DNA from: a virus
Lineage: Duplodnaviria > Caudoviricetes
Virus record (IMG/VR): IMGVR_UViG_3300046804_005150
Location: 1-28,226 of that record
Strand: one strand, 5' to 3'
DNA: 28,226 bases
In this document: in pieces, positions 18,402-25,671 of the stretch
Layout of the letters: each line of letters opens with the position of its first letter
Numbering within the stretch: the stretch's first letter is position 1
Notes under the pieces: generated by a model
Seen by the model: the letters and a program-made list of their open reading frames with translations, nothing else
What the model was told of the DNA's origin: nothing
Database searches by the model: none
Position numbers and translations under genes: made by a program

Positions 18402-19042
18402 ACTATTCTCATCTTCTCCATAAACTTGTCAACATGCTCGTTTAATTCTGGATTCCACAACAAATCGTCTGGGTTTATATCATTGATGTGTGGCCATTCC
18501 ACGCGATAGTCGGACAATTGTTTGATCTTCGGATCATTTTCTTGCTCGTGATCATTTGCTGGTGCCACGAACTCTTTGTAATGGACCACCCCAGTAATAT
18601 CATCATACTGTTGAGGCTGTGATTTCCATTCATATTTGCTGATATGACAGAGCGTTCCGCTCATTTCGTTTTTCAAAAAGTAGAGTTCGTCTTTTTCATA
18701 AAATGAATATCTTACATCCGTAATTATGTAATACTCATAATCCGATTCTTCAATTGCTTTTTTTGCAATATCAATCCAATATCTCCCATTTGTTCTTTTC
18801 CGTTGGGCATCTCCGTACCAAACAAGCATGGGACGAATTAATGTCTTCTCAGCTGAGTTCGGCGTGAATGCGGTGATTCCTAAATTCTTGATAAGAAATT
18901 CATCCACTTGAGTTTTTAACGGATCGGCAAATGCCACTCGTCTTACCTTTTTTCCAGCCTGAAGCAATTTAAGAGACAAAATACCAGCGAAGGTATCTTT
19001 TCCAGATCTTGCCACCCCACCAAGTCCAATAATTTTTTTCAT
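18398..19042 (-). CDS. deoxynucleoside monophosphate kinase (T4 gp1-like)
   Basis: P-loop GVARSGKDT, FADPLK and ITDVRY motifs. Confidence 0.85.
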   Translation of the reverse strand: MKKIIGLGGVARSGKDTFAGILSLKLLQAGKKVRRVAFADPLKTQVDEFLIKNLGITAFTPNSAEKTLIRPMLVWYGDAQRKRTNGRYWIDIAKKAIEESDYEYYIITDVRYSFYEKDELYFLKNEMSGTLCHISKYEWKSQPQQYDDITGVVHYKEFVAPANDHEQENDPKIKQLSDYRVEWPHINDINPDDLLWNPELNEHVDKFMEKMRIV

Positions 19043-19497
19043 GTGCTTAATAAATCTTCTATTTGTTTTTCGGTATAACCGTATTGGCGTATGATGGACT
19101 TGAGATCGTCTTTTGTCAAGAGTGATATGTATTCATATACATTTCTCCAACTGTCTTTGAAGTGCGAAGATAGTAAATGTAATAGCTCTGGTTTATACTT
19201 CTCAGTGCCTCGCTTGACATAAGGAGCAAATACTTTCTTCTTTGGAATCACGGCAATACATACCTGATAGAATTGTTCTGGCGACAATTTGTCCTGATAG
19301 TATTGTATATCGTTGATTAGATCAACAGATCCAGACTGCATGCTCAAAACTCTGCATACCATATAATTCGACCAAGTCTTTTTATCTTCGTCAGACAAAG
19401 TCTCAAAATACTTGGGATTTTTGCCAACGCGGATTTCATTTACATGATCGAACAAAGACTTTGTCTTTGGTTTCGATTCTTTGAGTTTTGACGCCAT
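19039..19497 (-). CDS. clamp loader small subunit (T4 gp62-like)
   Basis: LFDHVNEI, NYMVCRVLS and IPKKKVFAPYVK resemble gp62 homologues. Confidence 0.6.
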   Translation of the reverse strand: MASKLKESKPKTKSLFDHVNEIRVGKNPKYFETLSDEDKKTWSNYMVCRVLSMQSGSVDLINDIQYYQDKLSPEQFYQVCIAVIPKKKVFAPYVKRGTEKYKPELLHLLSSHFKDSWRNVYEYISLLTKDDLKSIIRQYGYTEKQIEDLLST

Positions 19498-19503
19498 AAA
19501 TTT

Positions 19504-19932
19504 TCAAGACCAAGTTCTGTGATCTTCAGCCACCCACTCGGCACCATCATATTCACCGATATGCCATTTTACATCAAATGGGATCTTTACAACCTTCAGT
19601 TCGGCAAAATTTCCGTTTGCTTCTTCCCCAAGTTCTTCAACTACAGCAACCAAATCTGGGTCTGCTCTGTTTTCTGGTCGATCAGACAAATTATGTTTTG
19701 TATAATCAAATTCTTCAAGATTGTCTGTCGATGAAGCGGTCCAATACATACCCGTTGGATATCCTTTGATTGGGGTACATTTAGATTTATCTCTATCAGA
19801 AATAGTATTGAAGAAATAGCATTTCTTTCCCTTACGTTCAGCAATCTTTTCGATTGCTTTTGGGGAAAGGCTGAATCCTCCGTGACAAGTGTTGATGACA
19901 ACCTTGATATATTTTGCCTTTTTTGATTTCAT
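19504..19932 (-). CDS. conserved viral hypothetical protein
   Basis: VVINTCHGGFSLS...RADPDLVAVVEELG...EYDGAEWV pattern; start ATG 19932. Confidence 0.75.
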   Translation of the reverse strand: MKSKKAKYIKVVINTCHGGFSLSPKAIEKIAERKGKKCYFFNTISDRDKSKCTPIKGYPTGMYWTASSTDNLEEFDYTKHNLSDRPENRADPDLVAVVEELGEEANGNFAELKVVKIPFDVKWHIGEYDGAEWVAEDHRTWS

Positions 19933-19933
19933 G

Positions 19934-20149
19934 TTACTTCTTCCACACTCTTTTATCATACTGCACGAAAGTTACAAGCCCAAAAGCATTCTTGGCATTG
20001 GCCCATTTGCCATTACCGTCTTTCTGACTTGTTATCTTTGTGTACGCCGCATTTTCAGTGAGTGCTTCTGGATTGCCGAGATAGAACTTACTGCCTATCT
20101 CCAACTTTCCAAATTCAACCATTTTTACTGAATTTTGATTATTCGTTTT
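19934..20149 (-). CDS. small hypothetical protein (beta-rich)
   Basis: MKTNNQ... start overlaps the end of the upstream gene. Confidence 0.65.
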   Translation of the reverse strand, partial: KTNNQNSVKMVEFGKLEIGSKFYLGNPEALTENAAYTKITSQKDGNGKWANAKNAFGLVTFVQYDKRVWKK

Positions 20150-20471
20150 CATCTTCTTTTTCCTTTTCAATTATATTTGTTCGCTTCAATCCGTCTCGGA
20201 TATTGCGATTGTTGTGTTGTTCAATCCTATGTATTCTCGAACTGTGTTCGTTCAGTTTTGCATTGATTTTATTGTGTTCTGCTGTATTGCGTTTAAGATT
20301 ATCAAACGCCACACGTAATGTATCTGTGATTGCATTCCCCGCTTCTGCCAAGGCTTTTCTCTGATCTTCGTTCTGCTTGATCAATGCCTTGTTTAGCTTG
20401 AACATTTCATAAATGAAATATCCAGAAACGGAGAATAGCAGCACAAATAATATTGTTTCTAATATATCCAT
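20139..20471 (-). CDS. membrane-anchored coiled-coil protein
   Basis: N-terminal TM segment (ILFVLLFSVSGYFIY) followed by a helical heptad region. Start moved to 20471, downstream of the hairpin. Confidence 0.68.
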   Translation of the reverse strand: MDILETILFVLLFSVSGYFIYEMFKLNKALIKQNEDQRKALAEAGNAITDTLRVAFDNLKRNTAEHNKINAKLNEHSSRIHRIEQHNNRNIRDGLKRTNIIEKEKEDENE

Positions 20472-20474
20472 AAT

Positions 20475-20505
20475 AAAAAAGATGCGTGTATTATGCACGC
20501 ATCTT
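20475..20505 (-). terminator. rho-independent terminator after the HNH gene
   Basis: AAGATGCGTG/CACGCATCTT inverted repeat followed by a T-run on the minus strand. Confidence 0.75.
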
Positions 20506-20513
20506 GTTGTTTG

Positions 20514-21173
20514 TCAAGACGCCAGTACTCCCCTTACTTCGATGACATTATCCAAAAAGTGAACCCAACTTGGATGATGTGCAATTTGAATGGTTGAACT
20601 GACTGGGACAGGAGGCGGAGCCTTTGGCTTGCGAATAAGTTTAAGTCCTGCCTGATCTGGTGTCTTATCTGCCTTTCTACTGTTGATGTCCTTGTGGCAC
20701 CATACCATGTTTTCAAACGTGTTCCTACCACCTTTTGTACGTGGAATAACATGGTCTATGTTACCTTCTCTCCAACTTAATACCTTACCAGTATATTGGC
20801 AAATACCGCCATCACGCTTGCGAATGCTTTCTTTTGTTGGGCGCGGAGTAACCACGGGCATTTTGCTGTAATTTGGTTGTATGATTACTCGTGGAGCACG
20901 AATTGTCATGTTGGACGTATGAATAGCGAGATCATAATCTCTGACAGGCAATGTTTTCCAAGTATTCCAATCGACTGGTTGGACATATTCAGGACTATCC
21001 CAATCAACATTACCATCTTCATCGGTTGGAAAATTCATGTCTATAGCAAGCGCGGCGGGGTTGCTTCCATCCGCGCCACCAAGCATAGCAATAAGGGCTT
21101 CCTTGACAGTCTTTGTATTGAGAGCTTGCCATAAGCCATTTAGGCATAATACTGGTTGATTAACTACATTCAT
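20514..21173 (-). CDS. HNH endonuclease
   Basis: RDGGICQYTG, IDHVIPRTKGG, N...N motifs, then KTPDQAG. Confidence 0.9.
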   Translation of the reverse strand: MNVVNQPVLCLNGLWQALNTKTVKEALIAMLGGADGSNPAALAIDMNFPTDEDGNVDWDSPEYVQPVDWNTWKTLPVRDYDLAIHTSNMTIRAPRVIIQPNYSKMPVVTPRPTKESIRKRDGGICQYTGKVLSWREGNIDHVIPRTKGGRNTFENMVWCHKDINSRKADKTPDQAGLKLIRKPKAPPPVPVSSTIQIAHHPSWVHFLDNVIEVRGVLAS

Positions 21174-21197
21174 TTATAATATATCCTTTCAGATATA

Positions 21198-21226
21198 ACT
21201 ATGGAACGCTTAATATAAAAAGTCAA
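21198..21226 (-). promoter_or_regulatory. sigma70-like promoter TTGACT-N17-CATAGT
   Basis: Intergenic; followed by a GAAAGGA SD and the HNH ATG. Confidence 0.72.
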
Positions 21227-21229
21227 GAC

Positions 21230-21436
21230 CTATTTGAATGTCTTTAATACTTTTTCAAAGCGAAAATATGGATCAACATCTATTTCCATGTCTCCGTCAA
21301 ACAAGATGATAGTCTTGTTTGCTTTATTAACAACAAGCGAAACGGTAAGTATTTTTCCCGATGAACTTACAACTTTATCTCCAATTACAAGGCGCTTGGC
21401 GATTTTATCGGTATATTCTTGTACTTTTGTCATCAT
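21230..21436 (-). CDS. small beta-rich hypothetical protein
   Basis: 68-aa ORF (AKRLVIGDKVV) that fits the operon spacing. Confidence 0.62.
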   Translation of the reverse strand: MMTKVQEYTDKIAKRLVIGDKVVSSSGKILTVSLVVNKANKTIILFDGDMEIDVDPYFRFEKVLKTFK

Positions 21437-21445
21437 AAATAAATA

Positions 21446-21640
21446 TTAATATTTTGTGGCAAGATGCCAATATCCGCAGTAACTACATTTGTACGGTGTT
21501 CTCTCTGAACGATATTCAATCAGTATTCTTTTGGCATCACGAATAGCATCGCTGCGAGTTTCATAATTTGTTTTAGTCTCGCAGGATGCTTTGTGATGAT
21601 TGTTACTTGAGGACTTGATATAGGATTTTCTTGTAGTCAT
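21446..21640 (-). CDS. small zinc-finger-like protein
   Basis: C..K..Y...A...A and YKCSYCGYWHL motifs; start uncertain. Confidence 0.68.
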   Translation of the reverse strand: MTTRKSYIKSSSNNHHKASCETKTNYETRSDAIRDAKRILIEYRSERTPYKCSYCGYWHLATKY

Positions 21641-22718
21641 CTGCACCAATGAACTTTGCATCAAGCATCTTAAACACAATTGATGCTCTATCTGTGCTGC
21701 TATATGTCGCCAAGATCTCAGCCGCTGCTTGCTTACGAGGAATATTGATACAACCAAATGAAAAAAGAACTAATTCATTCATTATTTTTTTAACTTCCAC
21801 CATAGCATCGCAAATCTTGGATGCATGTCCAGTTGCCATTGTAGCAATCTCAAAGTCAAACTTTTCAGTCAGATACTTAAAGAATTCTGGATATCCCGTT
21901 GGCTCATGTGATAAAGTATGACGATCCATGAACCAATCAATATAAACATCAACCACCTTGTCGATACTTGATATTTCAGACTTTGCACGATGTAGAAACA
22001 GATAGTGCGCAGACTTTACTTTACGAATAGACTGACCTTCGTTGTAATATACACATAGTCCTTCCTGATCGCGCAATGCTTCCACGCTCTGCTTCATTTC
22101 TTCCACAGAGTTATAGTTGTATGTCTTGGGACGACGTAGTTGAAGCTGTGAAGCAACAGTGCTTACCCCATCCTGTGTCATAAGCGTATAGTCATTATGA
22201 AAGATTACACCAATCAAAACCATATCTGGTTCATCTCCATAATCCAACACAATGCGATTGGTAGGAGACAGCCACTCAAAGATGTAAGAAACTGGAGTTG
22301 TATCAAGTGCTTCGATAAATTCAAAGAACTTATTGTATTTTTCACGCAATACATCAATCTCGTGACCATTTTCCTGATTTCGTACATCAACGGTTCCGCG
22401 AGTACGAATAACGGTATGACCTTTGTAACGAGAAATTATAAGAGTTGATCCATCAAGCTTTTCCGTCAGCGTTGATCCAGTTAAATCCGATGGGGCGGGA
22501 TCTATTGTGGGAGCTTCATCCCAATTGAAAAACTTCTTGAATGACAAGGATATAGGATTGCCTTCATTGTCCCATACAGAAGAACGAAAAATCAGATTGT
22601 CCTTGTTCCATGTAGCACCGATATGAATCGGTTGCACAAGAAAGCAGTCATTTTCACCGATTCGGTGTGGATGAACCATGAATGACTCTCTATCAATAGA
22701 CTGTATATCAATCTTCAT
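21603..22718 (-). CDS. RNA ligase, T4 Rnl1-like
   Basis: KFFN, motif I EKLDGS, TRG, FEWLSPTNRIV, EGLCV and KVKS..Y; start ATG 22718. Confidence 0.88.
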   Translation of the reverse strand: MKIDIQSIDRESFMVHPHRIGENDCFLVQPIHIGATWNKDNLIFRSSVWDNEGNPISLSFKKFFNWDEAPTIDPAPSDLTGSTLTEKLDGSTLIISRYKGHTVIRTRGTVDVRNQENGHEIDVLREKYNKFFEFIEALDTTPVSYIFEWLSPTNRIVLDYGDEPDMVLIGVIFHNDYTLMTQDGVSTVASQLQLRRPKTYNYNSVEEMKQSVEALRDQEGLCVYYNEGQSIRKVKSAHYLFLHRAKSEISSIDKVVDVYIDWFMDRHTLSHEPTGYPEFFKYLTEKFDFEIATMATGHASKICDAMVEVKKIMNELVLFSFGCINIPRKQAAAEILATYSSTDRASIVFKMLDAKFIGADDYKKILYQVLK

Positions 22719-22727
22719 AAGACCATA

Positions 22728-22756
22728 ACTATGGATAAGTGGGGGTGTAATGTCAA
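22728..22756 (-). promoter_or_regulatory. sigma70-like promoter TTGACA-N17-CATAGT
   Basis: The -10 element ends 9 nt before the ligase ATG. Confidence 0.72.
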
Positions 22757-22760
22757 CCAA

Positions 22761-22792
22761 TAAAAATCCCACGGTTTTTATGCCGTGGGATT
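22761..22792 (-). terminator. rho-independent terminator
   Basis: AATCCCACGG/CCGTGGGATT stem followed by a T-run on the minus strand. Confidence 0.8.
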
Positions 22793-22818
22793 GATAATAT
22801 AACCTTTATAAGCCAATA

Positions 22819-23034
22819 TTACTTGGCAAGGATTCTGCGAAGAATCGCAACAGCACGTCCATCAAGACGAACCTTGTTCATCTGCTTTGTAATCGGATTG
22901 ATACCCGTTACATTGAGATGCATTCTCAAATCCTTGACGCCTTCAACGGGGCGTGTGAAAGAAAGAGAATACTTTCTGTTCTTGACGAATGTGTTTACCT
23001 TGCGACCATTTTGGGTTTTTGTTGTTTTTGTCAT
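22819..23034 (-). CDS. small highly basic protein
   Basis: 71 aa and K/R-rich; has its own promoter, A-rich leader and terminator. Confidence 0.75.
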   Translation of the reverse strand: MTKTTKTQNGRKVNTFVKNRKYSLSFTRPVEGVKDLRMHLNVTGINPITKQMNKVRLDGRAVAILRRILAK

Positions 23035-23077
23035 ATGTTTAGTTTTTGTTTTTGTTATGTTGTTTATAACGAAATAC

Positions 23078-23106
23078 AGTATGTATTTTTACCCGCAGAT
23101 TGTCAA
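23078..23106 (-). promoter_or_regulatory. sigma70-like promoter TTGACA-N17-CATACT
   Basis: Overlaps the 3' end of uvsE; lies upstream of the small basic protein gene. Confidence 0.68.
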
Positions 23107-24039
23107 TAACTTTTCTCGGGAAATCTTATTTATAGCGACTTCTTTCATCTTGAATTCGAAGTCAAGATGCAGTGGATCTTTGTGATTGGCATAGATATCA
23201 GGAAGCATTGTGGGGAAATCTGCGTGAGCGCGAGGATTCTTGCCAGCAAGAGATTCGCTGAAGTGAAACAGAGGAACGACATCTTTCGGCCAAGTTTGCA
23301 ACGCCATTTTAAATGCAAACTCCTCGTTGTTGTAATTACTGTTGCATTTATGATGCAAGTTGTCAAAAGTGATTGGAATTCCCATACGCTTGTACATTTT
23401 GTCGTATAAATGCCATACGGGCCAGCTTCTCGGCTTGTCCTCGTTCTCGTAAACAAGTCGGTCCATCACAGATTTTGATAGTCGCTTGTGTACTTTTTCC
23501 AATCTATCAATCACCTCGACAAAATTTCCATCGTTGTAACAATTCATATGAATATTGATGGGAGCCTCATACGTTTGAGGTAGGTCCAACATATCCATAA
23601 TCATAGCATGTTGTTCCAAGTCCCTGATAGAATTCTCTACTACCTTTGGATTTGGACTGGCGGGAACAACAAACTGGTCAGGATGCATACTGCAACGAAT
23701 GTTGTATTGCTTGATTGTGGCAGCAGCAGCATTAAACTCGGCGTATATCTCGTTGAAATTATAGAAATCATCTACACCAAAATCAAGGTCGGGGTGTGTC
23801 ATCAATGGAAACACATTGCTACCGATACGATAATTCCAACCATTCTTACCACATTCTTTGAGAATGGCATGTATAGTCTTGATATTGTTCAATGAACGAT
23901 CAGCGAGAACTTTCATTGCCTCCTTCTTACCCAACTTCTTATATTGGGCATATGTCATTACATTGAACTTGATCTTCTGTTCTTGCAGTCCTGTATGAAT
24001 GCAGCACAGAGAAGGAGTAATATTAGATGGTAAAATCAT
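23089..24039 (-). CDS. uvsE: UV-damage endonuclease UvsE/UVDE
   Basis: YRIGS..FP, SMHPDQF, INIH, ENED, FDNLHH, FHFSES, AHAD and EFKMKE motifs. Start is probably 24039, downstream of the -10 element. Confidence 0.93.
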   Translation of the reverse strand: MILPSNITPSLCCIHTGLQEQKIKFNVMTYAQYKKLGKKEAMKVLADRSLNNIKTIHAILKECGKNGWNYRIGSNVFPLMTHPDLDFGVDDFYNFNEIYAEFNAAAATIKQYNIRCSMHPDQFVVPASPNPKVVENSIRDLEQHAMIMDMLDLPQTYEAPINIHMNCYNDGNFVEVIDRLEKVHKRLSKSVMDRLVYENEDKPRSWPVWHLYDKMYKRMGIPITFDNLHHKCNSNYNNEEFAFKMALQTWPKDVVPLFHFSESLAGKNPRAHADFPTMLPDIYANHKDPLHLDFEFKMKEVAINKISREKLLTICG

Positions 24040-24046
24040 GAATACC

Positions 24047-24074
24047 ATCATACATAAAAACTCTGGATTGTCAA
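24047..24074 (-). promoter_or_regulatory. sigma70-like promoter TTGACA-N16-TATGAT
   Basis: The -10 element ends 7 nt before ATG 24039. Confidence 0.68.
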
Positions 24075-24083
24075 CAAGACAAT

Positions 24084-24115
24084 AAAAAAGGACACCATTT
24101 ACGGTGTCCTTTTTT
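24084..24115. terminator. bidirectional-type rho-independent terminator
   Basis: AAAAAAGGACACC-loop-GGTGTCCTTTTTT, downstream of the beta-barrel gene. Confidence 0.88.
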
Positions 24116-24134
24116 GAATAGAACTAATTGGCTA

Positions 24135-24851
24135 TTAGAACTTTACAGAAAGACCAGCGGAGATACTGTTAGTTGTATTTCCAGCTGTTAGAATGCCATC
24201 ACGAAGTTGAGAAAAATCAACATTCAATGTAGCATACTTTGTGTAATATCCCAAACCAATTCCAACAATGGCATACTGCTTTGCATTTTTGAATTGGGCA
24301 ATCGTGTCAGCGCCGAGGTCATTGAAACCATATCCAAGGGCTGGAACCAACTTCAGATGTTGGAATCCGAATGGAAGACGCAGATTTGCTTCTGTGTTGT
24401 TTGTGCGGTTCTTCACATCTGCACGATAACGAGCATCCCAAGTGGCCTGTGTGCCGAAGAACTTACCGTTCAACAAAGCAAATCCCTCTGTGTTGCTTGC
24501 AAGATTTGAAACACTCTTGCTGAAGTTCTTGTATGTGGCACCCAAGGTCAAATTCGCCAAAGGCGATGTGAACTTATATCCAGCGGACAAGTCTGTACGC
24601 TTGAATAGTCCAGCACTTGCTGTGTATTTGCCCGTGGTTGTATCCTTAACTGTGTTGAAGGTGTTTGCACCCAAAACAAAGTTATAGACTTCTGTTGACA
24701 CGCCTGCGACCACAACATCTTCAAAAGCAACCAGTCCCTTGTCGAAGAACTTGGTATGATATGTTGCGTTAGCATTCAATCCGAATGTGTCAGCATTTAG
24801 TGTAACGGCGGCAAACAATGCCATGATAGTTACTATGATTTTCTTTGTCAT
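24135..24851 (-). CDS. outer-membrane beta-barrel protein (porin-like) with signal peptide
   Basis: MTKKIIVTIMALFAAVTLNA signal peptide, alternating amphipathic strands and a C-terminal AGLSVKF (terminal Phe beta-signal). Confidence 0.82.
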   Translation of the reverse strand: MTKKIIVTIMALFAAVTLNADTFGLNANATYHTKFFDKGLVAFEDVVVAGVSTEVYNFVLGANTFNTVKDTTTGKYTASAGLFKRTDLSAGYKFTSPLANLTLGATYKNFSKSVSNLASNTEGFALLNGKFFGTQATWDARYRADVKNRTNNTEANLRLPFGFQHLKLVPALGYGFNDLGADTIAQFKNAKQYAIVGIGLGYYTKYATLNVDFSQLRDGILTAGNTTNSISAGLSVKF

Positions 24852-24905
24852 ATATATTTTATTTAGTTTATTGTTATATACTTCACGTTTTGTAAAGTAT
24901 GAATA

Positions 24906-24933
24906 ACTATATTCTTGCAAACGGTTTCGTCAA
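24906..24933 (-). promoter_or_regulatory. sigma70-like promoter TTGACG-N16-TATAGT
   Basis: Lies between the tmRNA 3' end and the barrel gene. Confidence 0.65.
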
Positions 24934-24962
24934 GAAAATTTTTGAACGTATATATTAAAAAA

Positions 24963-25356
24963 TGGTGGACGTGCGGGGAGTTGAACCCCGGTGCTGTATA
25001 ATATAACTACAACCATATACAAGCTTATCTCTTATAATCCGACAATGTTTGGTAGAGCACCACATTGAAGTTGAAGTTTAGTATTTGATTTGCACTACCA
25101 TCTTCTATCTTATGCAAACGGACAGATGATGAACGCTCTATTCATATTATCTGTGTCATATGATAGAACGGGCAACCTTATTAGGCTGCGGCGAGAAGCT
25201 CGGAATCGCTGCTCTTTTTGAATGAGACAGAGATTACGGTCTTCTTTGCAAGATTTCTCTTAGCATTTATTTTTTCCAACGGGTATTATACAGAGACATT
25301 AGACTCTGTGCTTGCGGACTGTATCTAAACTATATAGTAGAATCCAGAACACGCCC
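24963..25356 (-). ncRNA. ssrA: tmRNA, one-piece, 394 nt
   Basis: The 5' end reads GGGCGTGTTCTGGATTCTAC and the 3' end CGGGGTTCAACTCCCCG-CACGTCC-ACCA. The 7-bp acceptor stem has G3.U70, an A discriminator and encoded CCA. The internal tag frame 25264-25181 follows ATAAAT and ends LAAA-TAA-TAA. Confidence 0.95.
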
Positions 25357-25365
25357 ATAAAGAGA

Positions 25366-25538
25366 AAGCGTGTAGGGACCGATGTTTGGGCATCGGCACC
25401 GGAGTCATTTTCGGATGACTCGTCCTATCTTTTTGACTTCGGCTTTTATACAAGAGAAACTTGATGCCTACTAAGTTGTCGTGAAAGAATGACCGCGAGT
25501 TTCCTAAACAGCGGCCCTTTTAACTACCCTACACACTT
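25366..25538 (-). ncRNA. unassigned structured RNA (~173 nt, multi-branch)
   Basis: A 12-bp closing stem AAGTGTGTAGGG/CCCTACACGCTT encloses three clear hairpins and one irregular arm. G.U pairs favour the minus strand; no ORF of 60 aa or more is listed here. Confidence 0.6.
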
Positions 25539-25671
25539 CTAAAATTGGTATCAAAGAACAGCAATAATAATTATCAGATAAAAGGGTCATGTCAATGTTT
25601 TTTATTTTCTGAAAGTTTTTCTCAAAACATATTATACCTTTTTTTTAATATATTTAGATTATTATACGGTT

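Noticed and set aside
20514-21173. HNH as an intron-encoded homing endonuclease
   Set aside because: It has its own promoter, SD and terminator and interrupts no gene; no group I core was seen. Free-standing mobility is not excluded.
21230-21436. Intein/Hint fragment (AKRLVIGDKVV)
   Set aside because: It is only 68 aa, with no N-terminal Cys/Ser or C-terminal His-Asn splice motifs.
24963-25000. tRNA gene or attachment-site remnant (T-arm plus CCA)
   Set aside because: It pairs with GGGCGTG at 25356-25350 and brackets a tag ORF, so it is the 3' end of a full tmRNA. No duplicate copy or integrase is seen.
25366-25538. Simple terminator or hammerhead/HDV-like ribozyme explanation for the structured region
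   Set aside because: The hairpins lack adjacent U-tracts on the minus strand and are enclosed by a long-range stem. No CUGANGA/GAAA core was found, and I could not build an HDV-like fold by eye.
25560-25595. Firm promoter call for the ncRNA-tmRNA unit
   Set aside because: TTGACA is perfect, but no good -10 lies at 16-17 nt spacing, so it is mentioned only as a possibility.
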